Positions 30,918 through 43,405 are shown, counted from the stretch's first letter. The stretch: 64,000 nt of DNA from a bacterium (GCA_965261085.1 OZ253442.1:2944001-3008000), one strand, 5' to 3'. Notes: generated by a model from the letters alone, not told the origin. Made by a program: numbers and translations.

Positions 30918-31847
30918 TCAGGCTTTGGCCGTGGAGCTTTTCTTGCTTCTGGAGCCGCCCCTTGTCGTCTCGGGCCACGCCAGCAGAATGGGACTCGCCA
31001 CGTAGATGGAAGAATACGTACCGGCCACGATGCCGATCACCAGAGCGAACGCCACGTCTGAGATCACGTCGCCCCCCAGGAAGAGGAACGCCAGCACGGC
31101 GGCCAGCGTGGTCCCGGAAGTGATCAACGTGCGGGAGAGGGTCTGGTTGATGGATTTGTTGACGAGCCCTGAAAGCTCGGCGCGTCTCGAAGCCCGCGTA
31201 TTTTCCCGGATGCGGTCGAACACGACGATGGTGTCGTTCAGCGAATAGCCGATAATCGTCAAAACGGCCGCTACGATGGGGAGTGAGAACTCCTTGCCGG
31301 ACAAGGAAAATACGCCGAGCGTGATGACGACGTCGTGCAAAAGCGCCACGACCGAGGCAATCGCCTGGCGAAACTGAAACCGGAGGCTGATGTAAATCAG
31401 GATTCCGATGAGGGCGAAGAGCATGCTGCTCAGCGCCTTCTGTCGCAAGTCCGCGCCTACTTTGGGGCCCACCATCTCGGTTCGCCGCATTTCGAACGCA
31501 TCTTTACCGAATTTTTTCAAGAGTGCGATTTTCACCAGAGATTCGACGCCCTTGATGTTGCCCGAGCTTTTCTCGACACGAATCAGGAACTCTCTGTCGG
31601 AGCCGAAATTCTGGATGACCGTATCGCCCAAAGAAAGTCCCCCGACGGCGCTGCGAATATCGCCAATCGGCTTGGCTTCTTTGAACTGCACCTGAACCAA
31701 TGTTCCGCCGGTGAAATCAATACCGTAATTTATCCCCTTGGTCATAAGAAGGAGGAGGGACAGAACGACGACCACAGCGGAGATGCCGACGAAGAGCTTG
31801 GTTTTGCCGATGATGTCGAATGATGAGTCTGGCCGGATAATTTCCAT
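30918..31847 (-). CDS. secF: Protein translocase subunit SecF
   Basis: GIDFTGG, VGPKVG, GYSLNDTIVVFDRIRE, GTYSSIYVA. Confidence 0.96.
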   Translation of the reverse strand: MEIIRPDSSFDIIGKTKLFVGISAVVVVLSLLLLMTKGINYGIDFTGGTLVQVQFKEAKPIGDIRSAVGGLSLGDTVIQNFGSDREFLIRVEKSSGNIKGVESLVKIALLKKFGKDAFEMRRTEMVGPKVGADLRQKALSSMLFALIGILIYISLRFQFRQAIASVVALLHDVVITLGVFSLSGKEFSLPIVAAVLTIIGYSLNDTIVVFDRIRENTRASRRAELSGLVNKSINQTLSRTLITSGTTLAAVLAFLFLGGDVISDVAFALVIGIVAGTYSSIYVASPILLAWPETTRGGSRSKKSSTAKA

Positions 31848-33397
31848 TAGATGCTCAAACTCCTCACGTCGGTCCGGGACAAGAAGAAATCATAAACAAA
31901 TCGGGTGACGAAAATCGCGGTGAACATGCTCGCCACGATGCCGATGCTGAGGGTGACGGCGAATCCCTTGATGGGTCCCGTTCCGAATTGCAGGAGCACC
32001 AGCGCGGCGATGAGCGTCGTCACGTTCGCGTCCAGAATCGTGAGAAAGGCTTTGCCGTAACCTGAATCGATGGCGGAGCGAATGGTTTTTCCTAACCGCA
32101 ACTCTTCCCTGATTCGCTCGAAAATCAAGACGTTGGCGTCGACCGCCATACCAACCGTCAGCACGATGCCCGCGATTCCCGGCAGGGTCAGCGTAGCGCC
32201 GAAGAACCCGAGCGCTCCCAGGAGTATCAGCAGGTTGAAAAGAAGCGCCATGATGGCCACCGCGCCGCTTAATTTGTAATAGATGGCCATGAATATCAAA
32301 ACGAGTATGAACCCGACGATGATGCTGATGAGACCCTGACGCACGGAATCAGCCCCCAGCGACGGGCCGACGTTTCTTTCCTCCAAAACTTCCACCGGGG
32401 CGGGGAGCGCCCCCGCTCTCAGGGCTATCGCCAGATCCGTCGCTTCTTCGAGTGTGAAACTTCCCGTTATCTGCGCCCTGCCCTGGCTGATGCGCTCCTG
32501 AATCACTGGCGCGCTGTAGACGACGCCATCGAGCACAATGGCGAGACGCCTGCCCACGTTCGCCGCCGTGAGGCGGTCGAACGCACCCGCCCCCACGGAA
32601 TCAAACGCGATGGCCACGTAGGACTGGTTGAAGCGATCTCCGATTTCCACGCGCGCATCGGTCAAATTGCCCCCGGTCAGGGCGGCTTCTTTCTTCACCA
32701 GCAAGGGAGTGCGTTCGGTCACCTCGCCCGTCTGCCTGTCTCTCGATACTTCATACAAAAGCTGCAGACCCTCGGGCGCGCGACCACGCTCCTGCGCACT
32801 CGCGACATTGGCCTGATTGTCCACCATCTTGAACTCTAAGAGCGCCGTTTTGCCGATCAAAGACTTCGCCCGGGAGGGGTCTTCCACCCCAGGAAGCTGG
32901 ATGATGATGCGCCGCTCTCCCTGGCGCTGAAGCGTAGGCTCACGCACGCCGAACTGATCGATGCGGTTTCGAATCGTCTCGAGCGCCTGAATGATGGCCT
33001 GCTCTTTCGTGCGCTCCACTTGTTGTGATGAAAGGAAATATACGAACGTCGGCGGCGCGCCCTCTTCTCTCTCCAGGGTGAGGTCCGGGTAATTCTGCAT
33101 CATCGTGAGGAAGCGCCCCCTGTCGGTGGGGCGATGAAGGGTCGCGGTCAGCCTCAGCCCATCGCGCTTGAGGGTTCGGGTGCGTATGTCGTCTATGGAA
33201 AGGCGGTTTCTCAACTCCGTGAAATAGCGGCTCATTTTCGATTCCACCGCTTTTTCGGATTGCACCTCGAGGACCAGGTGAATCCCGCCCTGCAAATCAA
33301 GCCCGAGATTGATGCGCTCGCTCGGAGGAACCAGAAAAAACGCGGAGACGACAATTACGATGACTATCAGAGCCGCCCGCCAGCTTACACCCCTCAT
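31847..33397 (-). CDS. secD: Protein translocase subunit SecD
   Basis: LGLDLQGG, RIDQFGVREP, GMAVDANVLIFERIREE, ILDANVTT. Confidence 0.97.
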   Translation of the reverse strand: MRGVSWRAALIVIVIVVSAFFLVPPSERINLGLDLQGGIHLVLEVQSEKAVESKMSRYFTELRNRLSIDDIRTRTLKRDGLRLTATLHRPTDRGRFLTMMQNYPDLTLEREEGAPPTFVYFLSSQQVERTKEQAIIQALETIRNRIDQFGVREPTLQRQGERRIIIQLPGVEDPSRAKSLIGKTALLEFKMVDNQANVASAQERGRAPEGLQLLYEVSRDRQTGEVTERTPLLVKKEAALTGGNLTDARVEIGDRFNQSYVAIAFDSVGAGAFDRLTAANVGRRLAIVLDGVVYSAPVIQERISQGRAQITGSFTLEEATDLAIALRAGALPAPVEVLEERNVGPSLGADSVRQGLISIIVGFILVLIFMAIYYKLSGAVAIMALLFNLLILLGALGFFGATLTLPGIAGIVLTVGMAVDANVLIFERIREELRLGKTIRSAIDSGYGKAFLTILDANVTTLIAALVLLQFGTGPIKGFAVTLSIGIVASMFTAIFVTRFVYDFFLSRTDVRSLSI

Positions 33398-33473
33398 GAA
33401 ACTCTCCTTACGCCGGGTGGTTCGATTCCACCCGTCCCGAAAATCATTTCACCGAGTGAAGGGCGAAATGATT

Positions 33474-33866
33474 TCACTTTTGTTTTTCTGGTTTTTCTTT
33501 CTGGGGAGCCTTGGTCTTCTCCGCACTCGCGCTCGATGGAATAGCCGTCACAAAAGACCTTTGTACGCGAATACGCATGTTTTCGTCCACTTTCAGTGTC
33601 ACAATATCGTCTTTGATTCTCACCACTTCACCCAAAATCCCGCTAGCGACCACCTGATCTCCGGGCTTGAGAGCCTCTTGCATCCTGCGGATTTCCTGCT
33701 GTTTCTTCTGCTGGGGCCTGATCATGATGAAATAGATGATGGCGAAAATCATCAGGAACGGCGCCAACTGAATCAAGAAACTGGGTGAGCCGCCGCCGCC
33801 AGAAGGAGGAGCCATGGCGTACGCAACAGAAGAATCGGCCAACCATGCCGCTAAAGAATCCAACAT
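33474..33866 (-). CDS. yajC: Preprotein translocase subunit YajC
   Basis: TM helix followed by IRPQQKK and LKPGDQVV..GILG; upstream of secD. Confidence 0.92.
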   Translation of the reverse strand: MLDSLAAWLADSSVAYAMAPPSGGGGSPSFLIQLAPFLMIFAIIYFIMIRPQQKKQQEIRRMQEALKPGDQVVASGILGEVVRIKDDIVTLKVDENMRIRVQRSFVTAIPSSASAEKTKAPQKEKPEKQK

Positions 33867-33916
33867 TCTCTATATCTCCATGAAAAAGGCGCTCCGTCGG
33901 GCAACGTAGCCAAGGC

Positions 33917-33945
33917 TTCGTAACAAAGCCCCCACTCCTTGTCAA
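33917..33945 (-). promoter_or_regulatory. Putative sigma70 promoter for yajC-secDF
   Basis: Minus strand TTGACA-17 nt-TACGAA with an extended -10 TG. Confidence 0.45.
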
Positions 33946-33969
33946 GCAAAGGCATTAAGAATCAGTCTC

Positions 33970-35924
<1,955 letters not shown>

Positions 35925-35956
35925 GGTCCCTCTCGTTTAGATCAAACAAACACTCG

Positions 35957-37132
35957 CTACAGCTTGCGAACATGGGTCACCCGACCTTCTCGCAAGTAGA
36001 TTCTCGGCACACGGACGCCCACACCGCACATGATCTCATAGGGTATCGTCTCGGCCCTGTCGGCCATCTCCTCGCAACTGACGGCCCCATTGCCCTGATC
36101 GCCCAGCAGGACGACCTCGTCTCCCGGCGCGATGTTTTCGATTTTCGACACATCGAGCGCCAGCATGTCCATGGATACGCGCCCCGCTACCGGAACCCGC
36201 ACACCGCCCACCAGCGCATCCGCCCGGTTGGACAAGATGCGCGGGTAGCCATCCCCATACCCTGTCGCCACCATCGCGACTCGCCCAAGAGAATTTCTCT
36301 CATAAGTTCCGCCATAGCCAACCGGCCGGCCTGCATCGATTTCTTTCACCTGCAGTACTCTCGCCACCCACTTCATGGCGCATCCCAAGGCCACGCTCTT
36401 TGAAAACTGGGGCGAGGAGCCATAAAGCGCGATGCCCAGACGCACCAGGTTGCCGGGCGCCTGGGGATAATTCAACAAGCCCGCGCTGTTCGCCATGTGG
36501 ATGTGTGGCGGAAGCATATTTTTCTCTCTTAGCGCATGGATCAGCGCTTCCATCTCGCGAATTTGCGCCCCCGTCGCAGCATCTCCTACTTCTTCGTCCG
36601 CCCGGGCGAAATGGCTCATCAACCCGGCAACCTCGACGTTCTCCTCACGCGACGTCTTTTCGATGAAATCGACGGCTTCCGCCGGGCGCAATCCCAGACG
36701 CCCCATCCCCGTATCCACCTTGACGTGTACTCTCGCTTTTCCGCCCGCTCCTCTCGCCGCGCTCGCCAGACCTTCAATCTGCTCCATGCGCCAGACGGTG
36801 GCGTCGCAATCCGCCTCGACCAGCCTTTTCGCGTTATACGCCAACGTATCGCTCATCACCAATAAGCGCGCCTCGGCGAACCCATCTCCCACACCAGCGG
36901 CGCGAAGCGCCTCCGCCTCCTCAATCGCCGCCACACCGAACCATCTGGCGCCCGCCTCATACATGGCGCGAGCGACCTCTACGCCACCGTGCCCGTAGGC
37001 CTCCGCCTTCACGACGGCGAGCGGCTCTTGAGAGAGAAGGGAACTCGCCAGATTTTTATAATTTTGAATCAGGATGTCCAGATCGATGAAAACAGCGTTC
37101 CGATATCCGGACGGCAGCAAATGTTCGCTCAA
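35957..37132 (-). CDS. alr: Alanine racemase
   Basis: AVVKAEAYGHG, VHVKVDTGMGRLG, GYGDGYPR, GRVSMDM. Confidence 0.95.
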   Translation of the reverse strand: MSEHLLPSGYRNAVFIDLDILIQNYKNLASSLLSQEPLAVVKAEAYGHGGVEVARAMYEAGARWFGVAAIEEAEALRAAGVGDGFAEARLLVMSDTLAYNAKRLVEADCDATVWRMEQIEGLASAARGAGGKARVHVKVDTGMGRLGLRPAEAVDFIEKTSREENVEVAGLMSHFARADEEVGDAATGAQIREMEALIHALREKNMLPPHIHMANSAGLLNYPQAPGNLVRLGIALYGSSPQFSKSVALGCAMKWVARVLQVKEIDAGRPVGYGGTYERNSLGRVAMVATGYGDGYPRILSNRADALVGGVRVPVAGRVSMDMLALDVSKIENIAPGDEVVLLGDQGNGAVSCEEMADRAETIPYEIMCGVGVRVPRIYLREGRVTHVRKL

Positions 37133-37174
37133 AAAGAAGGCCCCCTTTTTGGAGACGTCCTGGCCGTTGCGAAG

Positions 37175-38599
37175 CTAGAACGGCGCCTCTTGTTCCTCCG
37201 GGTAGCCGGGTTCGGCATCTTGTGCGCCTACAGCCGCGCCTTCATGGTATGTGTCCAGGTTAACGAATCGCGCATATTCCGGGAAAAATTTGAGTTCCAA
37301 TTCACCGGTCGGCCCGTTGCGCTGCTTGGCGAGAATGACGGTGGCGAGCCCTTTGTTGTCAGGTTTGGGGTCATAATACTCCTCGCGAAACAACAAGGCT
37401 ACGACGTCCGCATCCTGTTCTATCGAGCCCGACTCACGCAAATCGGCCAGGTTGGGGCGCTTGCCCTCTCTGGATTCCACCGCCCTCGAGAGCTGGCTCA
37501 AGGCCACGACGGGCACATCGAGTTCTTTCGCCAGACTTTTCAGCCCCCGGGATATCTCGCTGATCTCGCGCTGGCGATTCTCCATGGAGCGGCCCCTGTG
37601 GTGCAAGAGCTGTAGATAATCGACCACCACGAGGTCGAGGCCCTGATCCGCCTGGATACGGCGACTTTTCGCCCGAATGTCGAACACGGACAAATCCGTC
37701 GCGTCGTCCACGTAAATGGAAGCATCAGAGAGTTCGCCCGCGCTCCGAATCAAATCCGGCCATTTCTGGGACGGCATATAGCCGCTTTGAAGCTGCCTGG
37801 AATTCACCATGGCGCGGCCACACATCATGCGAATGGCCAATGCGCGCGCGCTCATCTCGAGACTGAATATCACCGTGGCGGTTTTCGACGCCAACGCGGC
37901 GTATTCGGCGATGCACAGGGCGAACGCCGTCTTCCCCATGCTGGGACGACCGGCTATGATGACCAATTCCCCGGGCTGCAAACCACTCGTCAGCTTGTCC
38001 ATATCCGAGAACCCCGTGGGTACTCCGGTAACGAGTTCCTTGCGATCATAAAGGTCTTCCAGATAGGGAAACGTATGTTTGATGATGTCGCGCATTCCCT
38101 CTACGCTTTGCTGGTAACGGCCGGATGAAACCTCCAGCATCGCGCGCTCTGCGTCGTCCACGAGGGTATCGATATCATCCTCGCCAGTGAAGGCTCTCTG
38201 CGCGATGGCGTTCGAGGTGTGTATGAGTTCTCTGAGCAACGCCGTGCTTCTGACGAGTTTCGCATAGGTTTCCGCGCGCCTGGCGCTGGAAACATCATCC
38301 GCCAAACGCGCGATGTATTCGAGCCCGCCCGCGGTATCGAGCTTTCCCGCCTTTTTCAGGGCATCGGCCAGGGTGAGCAGGTCGATGGGTTCGGATTTCT
38401 CGAAAAGGCTGATCATGCCCTCGTAAATCACACGATGGCTCATGCGGTAGAAATGCTCCGGCCGCAACACCTCCATGACGGGCGGAACCATCGCGCCGTC
38501 GAGCAGCAAAGCGCCCAGAACGCGCTGTTCGGCTTCTATGTTTTGGGGGGGGAGCTGGCCCGGCTGCCCGGACCGCTCATCACGAGCGGGCATTTCCAC
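37175..38599 (-). CDS. dnaB: Replicative DNA helicase
   Basis: LPPQNIEAEQ, GRPSMGKT, VDYLQL, LSQLSR, DLRESGSIEQDAD, KQRNGPTG; no intein-sized insert. Confidence 0.97.
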   Translation of the reverse strand: MEMPARDERSGQPGQLPPQNIEAEQRVLGALLLDGAMVPPVMEVLRPEHFYRMSHRVIYEGMISLFEKSEPIDLLTLADALKKAGKLDTAGGLEYIARLADDVSSARRAETYAKLVRSTALLRELIHTSNAIAQRAFTGEDDIDTLVDDAERAMLEVSSGRYQQSVEGMRDIIKHTFPYLEDLYDRKELVTGVPTGFSDMDKLTSGLQPGELVIIAGRPSMGKTAFALCIAEYAALASKTATVIFSLEMSARALAIRMMCGRAMVNSRQLQSGYMPSQKWPDLIRSAGELSDASIYVDDATDLSVFDIRAKSRRIQADQGLDLVVVDYLQLLHHRGRSMENRQREISEISRGLKSLAKELDVPVVALSQLSRAVESREGKRPNLADLRESGSIEQDADVVALLFREEYYDPKPDNKGLATVILAKQRNGPTGELELKFFPEYARFVNLDTYHEGAAVGAQDAEPGYPEEQEAPF

Positions 38600-38706
38600 T
38601 TCAAAACTCCAATGATGATTCAGTGGAAAGAACGGGCGTGAGGTTTAGATTACATCAGATGAAGCCAAGATCAAAATACCGTAAAACATAATTTCCAAAT
38701 CAAACG

Positions 38707-38740
38707 AAAAAAGGGGCGCCGACATTCGGCAACCCCTTTT
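38707..38740 (-). terminator. Rho-independent terminator after rplI (possibly bidirectional)
   Basis: aaaaaagggg-cgccga-catt-cggc-aa-cccctttt: GC-rich hairpin flanked by A and T tracts. Confidence 0.7.
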
Positions 38741-38801
38741 ATCTATATGATTTCATGGGCGTTGCTACTATACGCCGGGAAACGACTGAGAATGTGAAAC
38801 G

Positions 38802-39428
38802 CTATTCGGGCGTCTCTTCCTCGGCTTGCGCGTCCGGGTTCTCCCCCGGTACATTTTCTACTACGGCATCGGTCGCCTCCGCTGCCGTTTCTGCTTCGGC
38901 CTGAACTTCATCCGCAGCCTCAGCCGATTCCTCCGCCTCGGCCACGGCTGCCTCTTCCGCTGCGGCCGCAGCCGCTATGGACGCCTCATCGGGCGCCACT
39001 CTCACCTGTACCGATGCTCTTACTTCCTGGTGCAACCGGATGTCGACGTCATAAGTACCGACCTTTTTAATCGGCTCATCCAGAACGATCTTCCTGCGGT
39101 TCACCGTGAGGCCCTTCTCCTTTAAGGCGTCCTCGATCATCCGATTGGTCACCGAGCCGAACAACCTGCCGTCTTCACCCACGCGCATCGAGAATTCAAG
39201 CTCGACACCTGCGAATTCGCCCGCAAAATCCTGCGCACCTCGTTTCGCCGCCTGGATTTGCGCTTCCCGCAACCGCTGCTCATGCTGCGTCGCGCGCACC
39301 GTGCTCGCCGTGGCATGAAGCGCCAAGCCTTTCGGGATGAGATAGTTGAGCCCGTAGCCGTCGGCTACTTCGACGACATCTCCCACTTCTCCGAGATGCT
39401 CTACGTCCTTACGCAATATCAAGCGCAT
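38802..39428 (-). CDS. rplI: 50S ribosomal protein L9 with an Ala/Glu-rich tail
   Basis: LGEVGDVVEVADGYGLNYLIP, GRLFGSVT, PIKKVG. Confidence 0.96.
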   Translation of the reverse strand: MRLILRKDVEHLGEVGDVVEVADGYGLNYLIPKGLALHATASTVRATQHEQRLREAQIQAAKRGAQDFAGEFAGVELEFSMRVGEDGRLFGSVTNRMIEDALKEKGLTVNRRKIVLDEPIKKVGTYDVDIRLHQEVRASVQVRVAPDEASIAAAAAAEEAAVAEAEESAEAADEVQAEAETAAEATDAVVENVPGENPDAQAEEETPE

Positions 39429-39445
39429 CGTTCAATATCTCCGAC

Positions 39446-39715
39446 TTATGAATGGTCTACAGTGTAGGGCATCAACGCCATATAGCGGGCGCGCTTAATC
39501 GCCGTCGTCAACTGCCGCTGAAAGCGGGCGGATGTGCCGGTCACACGGCGGGGAATAATTTTTCCTCGCTCACTGACCATGTTTCGCAGCGTTTTCACAT
39601 CCTTGAAATCGATATAAGCTACCCCTTCCGCCGTGAAACGGCATATTTTCTTTCGCTGAAAACGTTTTTTCTTCTTTTTTTTCTTGTCTCCAAACCCTCG
39701 GGGAACAAGCGCCAT
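39446..39715 (-). CDS. rpsR: 30S ribosomal protein S18
   Basis: [34 protein letters not shown]. Confidence 0.97.
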   Translation of the reverse strand: MALVPRGFGDKKKKKKKRFQRKKICRFTAEGVAYIDFKDVKTLRNMVSERGKIIPRRVTGTSARFQRQLTTAIKRARYMALMPYTVDHS

Positions 39716-39749
39716 ATCTATCTCCTAAATCTGACAACAAATTTCGATA

Positions 39750-40172
39750 TCAAAATGGTATGTCATCGTCCGTCATGGGCGAGTCTTGTGGCGGCGGCGC
39801 ATAGGATTCCGTGCTTCTCGACCCACCGCTTCCCGTCATCTCGGCCCGGGTGGACAAGAAATGAACGTTATTCGCCACAACTTCATGCTTGCTGCGCCTC
39901 GATCCATCCTGCGCTTCCCATGAACGGAAACTCAAACGACCTTCCACCACGAGCGGGCTGCCCTTGCCCGTCTGCTCCATCACCCACTCGCCTTGCCGCC
40001 CATAGACAACCACATCCACGAAGCACGTATCTTCTTTCCATTCCTCCCCGCTGCGATATCGCCGATTGACCGCGAACCCGAAAGAAACCACGGAATTACC
40101 GGAAGGCAGAAACCGCTTTTCGGGATCGCGCGTCATGTTGCCGCGGAGATAAACAGAATTCATCTGGGCCAT
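39750..40172 (-). CDS. ssb: Single-stranded DNA-binding protein
   Basis: NSVYLRGNMTRDPE, VEGRL, C-terminal DDDIPF. Confidence 0.97.
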   Translation of the reverse strand: MAQMNSVYLRGNMTRDPEKRFLPSGNSVVSFGFAVNRRYRSGEEWKEDTCFVDVVVYGRQGEWVMEQTGKGSPLVVEGRLSFRSWEAQDGSRRSKHEVVANNVHFLSTRAEMTGSGGSRSTESYAPPPQDSPMTDDDIPF

Positions 40173-40189
40173 AACGATACTCCTGACAT

Positions 40190-40624
40190 TTAGGAGTCAC
40201 GCGACGAGTCGGATCTAGACGGCCTCACAGAACCCGAGTCGGATCTGGACGGCCTCACAGAATCACCGTCCTCCGAAGCCCCCTCCCTTTCCCTGGCGGC
40301 CGCGCTTTTGGCATTTTTCTCAAGCTTTCTCAAGAGAGCTTCATCCATTCGCACCGTCATATAGCGCCACGTCTGCTCATCGATGCGCATATCGCGCTCG
40401 ATGTCCGCCACAACTGCCGACTCTGAATGATATGTGACGATGAAATAGATGCCGTGACGCTGGCGATTGATGGGATAGGCGAGGCGCTTCTTGCCCCAGC
40501 GATCTACGCTTACAATTTCTCCGCCCCCTTCGGTCACCTTATTTTCGAAACCGGAAATCTTCTCATCCACGGTTTCATCGGTGAGTTCGGGGGACAGCAA
40601 AACTATCGTTTCGTACTGTCTCAT
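40190..40624 (-). CDS. rpsF: 30S ribosomal protein S6
   Basis: MRQYETIVLL, WGKKRLAYPI; first gene of rpsF-ssb-rpsR-rplI. Confidence 0.96.
   Translation of the reverse strand: MRQYETIVLLSPELTDETVDEKISGFENKVTEGGGEIVSVDRWGKKRLAYPINRQRHGIYFIVTYHSESAVVADIERDMRIDEQTWRYMTVRMDEALLRKLEKNAKSAAAREREGASEDGDSVRPSRSDSGSVRPSRSDSSRDS
40205..40264. repeat. Two-copy 30-bp in-frame tandem repeat in the rpsF 3' end
   Basis: cgagtcggatctagacggcctcacagaacc / cgagtcggatctggacggcctcacagaatc (2 mismatches); encodes SVRPSRSDS twice. Confidence 0.95.
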
Positions 40625-40682
40625 CTAGTCCTCCTCCCGGACTGAGCGGCCCCGGCCTTCGCCGACCGGAGCGAGGAGCCAA
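40625..40682 (-). promoter_or_regulatory. S6:S18 ribosomal protein leader (cis-regulatory RNA)
   Basis: Minus strand ctcctcgctccggtc-ggcgaa-ggccgggg-ccg-ctcagtccgggaggagg: 5' CTCCT can pair with the AGGAG RBS, with an internal hairpin followed by CCG, directly before rpsF. Confidence 0.75.
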
Positions 40683-40779
40683 TAATAGGCCGAAGGTTAA
40701 CACACATACCCTCGGCGGGCCATAGCAACTCCAAAAAGGAGCCGCGAAAATTCTGCTTTGGTTCAAACCCTCGCTTTCA

Positions 40780-42777
40780 CTAGAAAAGCGGCGCCAACAC
40801 GAGAGAGACGATGGACATCAACTTGATCAGGATGTTCATCGAGGGGCCCGAGGTGTCCTTCATCGGGTCTCCCACCGTATCGCCCACGACCGCGGCCTTA
40901 TGGGCATCGGAGCCCTTGCCGCCGAGTTTGCCGTCTTCTATCTCTTTTTTCGCATTATCCCAGGCTCCGCCCGCATTCGCCATCAGCAAGGCGACGAGAA
41001 CGCCCGAGAGCAGGGCGCCTGCGAGCATCCCACCCAAAGCTTCCTTGCCCATCAGATACCCCACCACGATGGGCGCGACGACAGCTACAACGCCAGGGAG
41101 GACCATTTCCTTGAGAGCGGCCTGGGTGCTGATGTCGATGCAACGTGCGCTGTCAGGGTCCGCAGTACCTTCCATGATGCCGGGAATCTCGCGGAACTGA
41201 CGCCTGATCTCCTGAATCATGATGAATGCGGCCTTGCCGACGGATTTCATGGTGAGCGCCCCGATGAGGAACGGAATCGCCCCGCCGATGAACATGCCGG
41301 CCACCACCTTCGCCTCCGTGAGGTTGATCTGCTGCAGATCGGCCGCCTTCGTGTAGGCGGCGAAAAAAGCCAGCGCCGTCAGGGCGGCGGAACCGATGGC
41401 GAACCCCTTGCCCATGGCCGCCGTGGTGTTGCCCAGCGCGTCGAGGCCGTCGGTAATCTTTCGCGTTTCGGGCCCCAGCTCGCTCATTTCCGTGATTCCG
41501 CCCGCGTTATCGGCAATCGGGCCATACGCATCGACCGACATCGTGATGCCAATCGTCGCCAGCATACCCACGGCGGCGATGGAGATGCCGTAGAGCCCCG
41601 CCCAGGCGTTCGAAACCAGGGTAATCACCGCCAATACAAGCAGGGGAGCGCACACGCTCTCCAGACCTACAGCGAAGCCGCTGATGATGTTCGTCGCCAC
41701 CCCGGTCTCGGACGCAGCGACGATTTCGCCGACGGGCTTTCCGCCCGTTCCGGTGTAATACTCGGTGAGCCAGCCGATCAAAACGCCGCCGCCTGCGCCG
41801 AAGAGAACCGCGCCGAACACGCCGGCTTTGAGACCCAGGGCGCTCGTGACGAAATACGCCAGGATGATGAATATGATCGTCGCGATTCCGGTGGCGCTCC
41901 TGAGCGCGACGGCCGGGTTTTTCGAGGCCAGCACCTTCATCGAGGCGATGCCGAACGAAGAGGCAATCAGGCCCATCATGGCCAACAGCAGGGGCAGCGC
42001 CATCGCCGCCGAGCTATTGGCGCCCAAAACCGTGCCGACGGTCGAGCCGATGAATATCGTGGAAATGATGGCGCCGACGTAGGATTCGAACAGGTCGGCT
42101 CCCATTCCGGCGACATCACCGACGCAATCCCCCACGTTGTCGGCGATGACGGCGGGATTCCTCGGATCGTCCTCGGGAATGTTCGCCTCCAGCTTGCCGA
42201 CGAGGTCCGCGCCCACGTCTGCGGTTTTGGTGAAAATGCCGCCACCCACACGCGCGAAGAGCGCGATGGAACTGGCGCCCATCGAGAAGCCGTTGATGAT
42301 GGTCACGTTCGCCGCATTCTTGAGCACCTCGAAATACCAGACCAACGAGCCCACGCCCAAAAGACCCAGACTCGCAACGGAAAGACCCATGACGGTTCCG
42401 CCGAAGAAAGCCATGGAGAGCGCGCCCGCCTGACCGGCGCCCGAATTCGCCGCCGCCGCCGTTCTCACGTTCGCCTTCGTGGCCGCGTTCATGCCGAAAA
42501 AGCCGGCGAGAACCGAGCAGATGGCGCCGACGATGAAGGCGATACCCGTTTTTACGGATATGGCGACGCTCAAGAGAATGAAGACGACCACGACGAAAAT
42601 GGCGAGAATCCTGTATTCCCTTTTCAGGAACACCATTGCCCCGTCATGAATCTGGCCGGCGAGTTTCCGCATCAGATCGTTGCCGTCGGGTTGTTTTGAA
42701 ATCCAACTATAAATCGCCGCCGCCAGAACCAACCCCGCAATCCCGAAGATTGCGGCCATATTTGAGAAAGCAACCAT
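40780..42777 (-). CDS. hppA: Membrane-bound pyrophosphatase, K+-dependent, probably Na+-translocating
   Basis: [58 protein letters not shown]. Confidence 0.95.
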   Translation of the reverse strand: MVAFSNMAAIFGIAGLVLAAAIYSWISKQPDGNDLMRKLAGQIHDGAMVFLKREYRILAIFVVVVFILLSVAISVKTGIAFIVGAICSVLAGFFGMNAATKANVRTAAAANSGAGQAGALSMAFFGGTVMGLSVASLGLLGVGSLVWYFEVLKNAANVTIINGFSMGASSIALFARVGGGIFTKTADVGADLVGKLEANIPEDDPRNPAVIADNVGDCVGDVAGMGADLFESYVGAIISTIFIGSTVGTVLGANSSAAMALPLLLAMMGLIASSFGIASMKVLASKNPAVALRSATGIATIIFIILAYFVTSALGLKAGVFGAVLFGAGGGVLIGWLTEYYTGTGGKPVGEIVAASETGVATNIISGFAVGLESVCAPLLVLAVITLVSNAWAGLYGISIAAVGMLATIGITMSVDAYGPIADNAGGITEMSELGPETRKITDGLDALGNTTAAMGKGFAIGSAALTALAFFAAYTKAADLQQINLTEAKVVAGMFIGGAIPFLIGALTMKSVGKAAFIMIQEIRRQFREIPGIMEGTADPDSARCIDISTQAALKEMVLPGVVAVVAPIVVGYLMGKEALGGMLAGALLSGVLVALLMANAGGAWDNAKKEIEDGKLGGKGSDAHKAAVVGDTVGDPMKDTSGPSMNILIKLMSIVSLVLAPLF

Positions 42778-42859
42778 TATCTCCCTTTCCTCCTCCTCAC
42801 GGGCTTTTTAGCGAGAGTTATTCAAATAAACTTTCACCTTTACAATGAGCAAGACGGAT

Positions 42860-43405
42860 TCAGGATCTATTGCCAACAACAAACTCAAACGCCCGTTTCA
42901 CCGCCTCATCAACAGCAGGTTCCACTGCTTCCAATTCATGTTCGAAAAAAGAATCCAACAACCAATCCACGCCATTCACTCCACTCGGCGGTCTCCCCAC
43001 CCCGATGCGCAAACGAGAAAACGTGTCCGTACCCAAAGAGTGGATAATGCTGCCGACGCCATGATGGCCCGCGTCTCCACCTGATTTCTTGAACTTCACA
43101 CGACCGAGTTCGATATCCATGTCGTCGTGCATCACAAGTAACTGTTCAGGCTCCAGCCCTTCACCAAACAGGAGCGCTCGCACCGCCTTGCCGCTTAAAT
43201 TCATAAACGTCTGAGGCTTTGCGAGTGTGAATTTCCACCCTCTGAGCGACCCGGCGCCCAGAACGGCATGGTATTTCGAATCACTCATCGACACGCGATG
43301 GGAGCGGGCTATTCTATCCACCGCCCAGAACCCCAGATTGTGCCTCGTCAACGCATACTCTATGCCGGGGTTGCCAAGACCGACGATCAAAACAGCAGCA
43401 GCCAT
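42860..43405 (-). CDS. pth: Peptidyl-tRNA hydrolase
   Basis: LIVGLGNPG, TRHNLGF, KPQTFMNLSG, HDDMD, RLRIGVGRP; start set at ATG 43405. Confidence 0.95.
   Translation of the reverse strand: MAAAVLIVGLGNPGIEYALTRHNLGFWAVDRIARSHRVSMSDSKYHAVLGAGSLRGWKFTLAKPQTFMNLSGKAVRALLFGEGLEPEQLLVMHDDMDIELGRVKFKKSGGDAGHHGVGSIIHSLGTDTFSRLRIGVGRPPSGVNGVDWLLDSFFEHELEAVEPAVDEAVKRAFEFVVGNRS

Noticed and set aside
38802-39000. Ala/Glu-rich low-complexity tail of L9 (and the acidic tail of L25)
   Set aside because: Such tails are common and there is no exact DNA repeat.
40900-42699. 599-aa ORF antisense to hppA
   Set aside because: A shadow ORF expected from GC-rich codon usage of a hydrophobic protein; no recognisable motifs.
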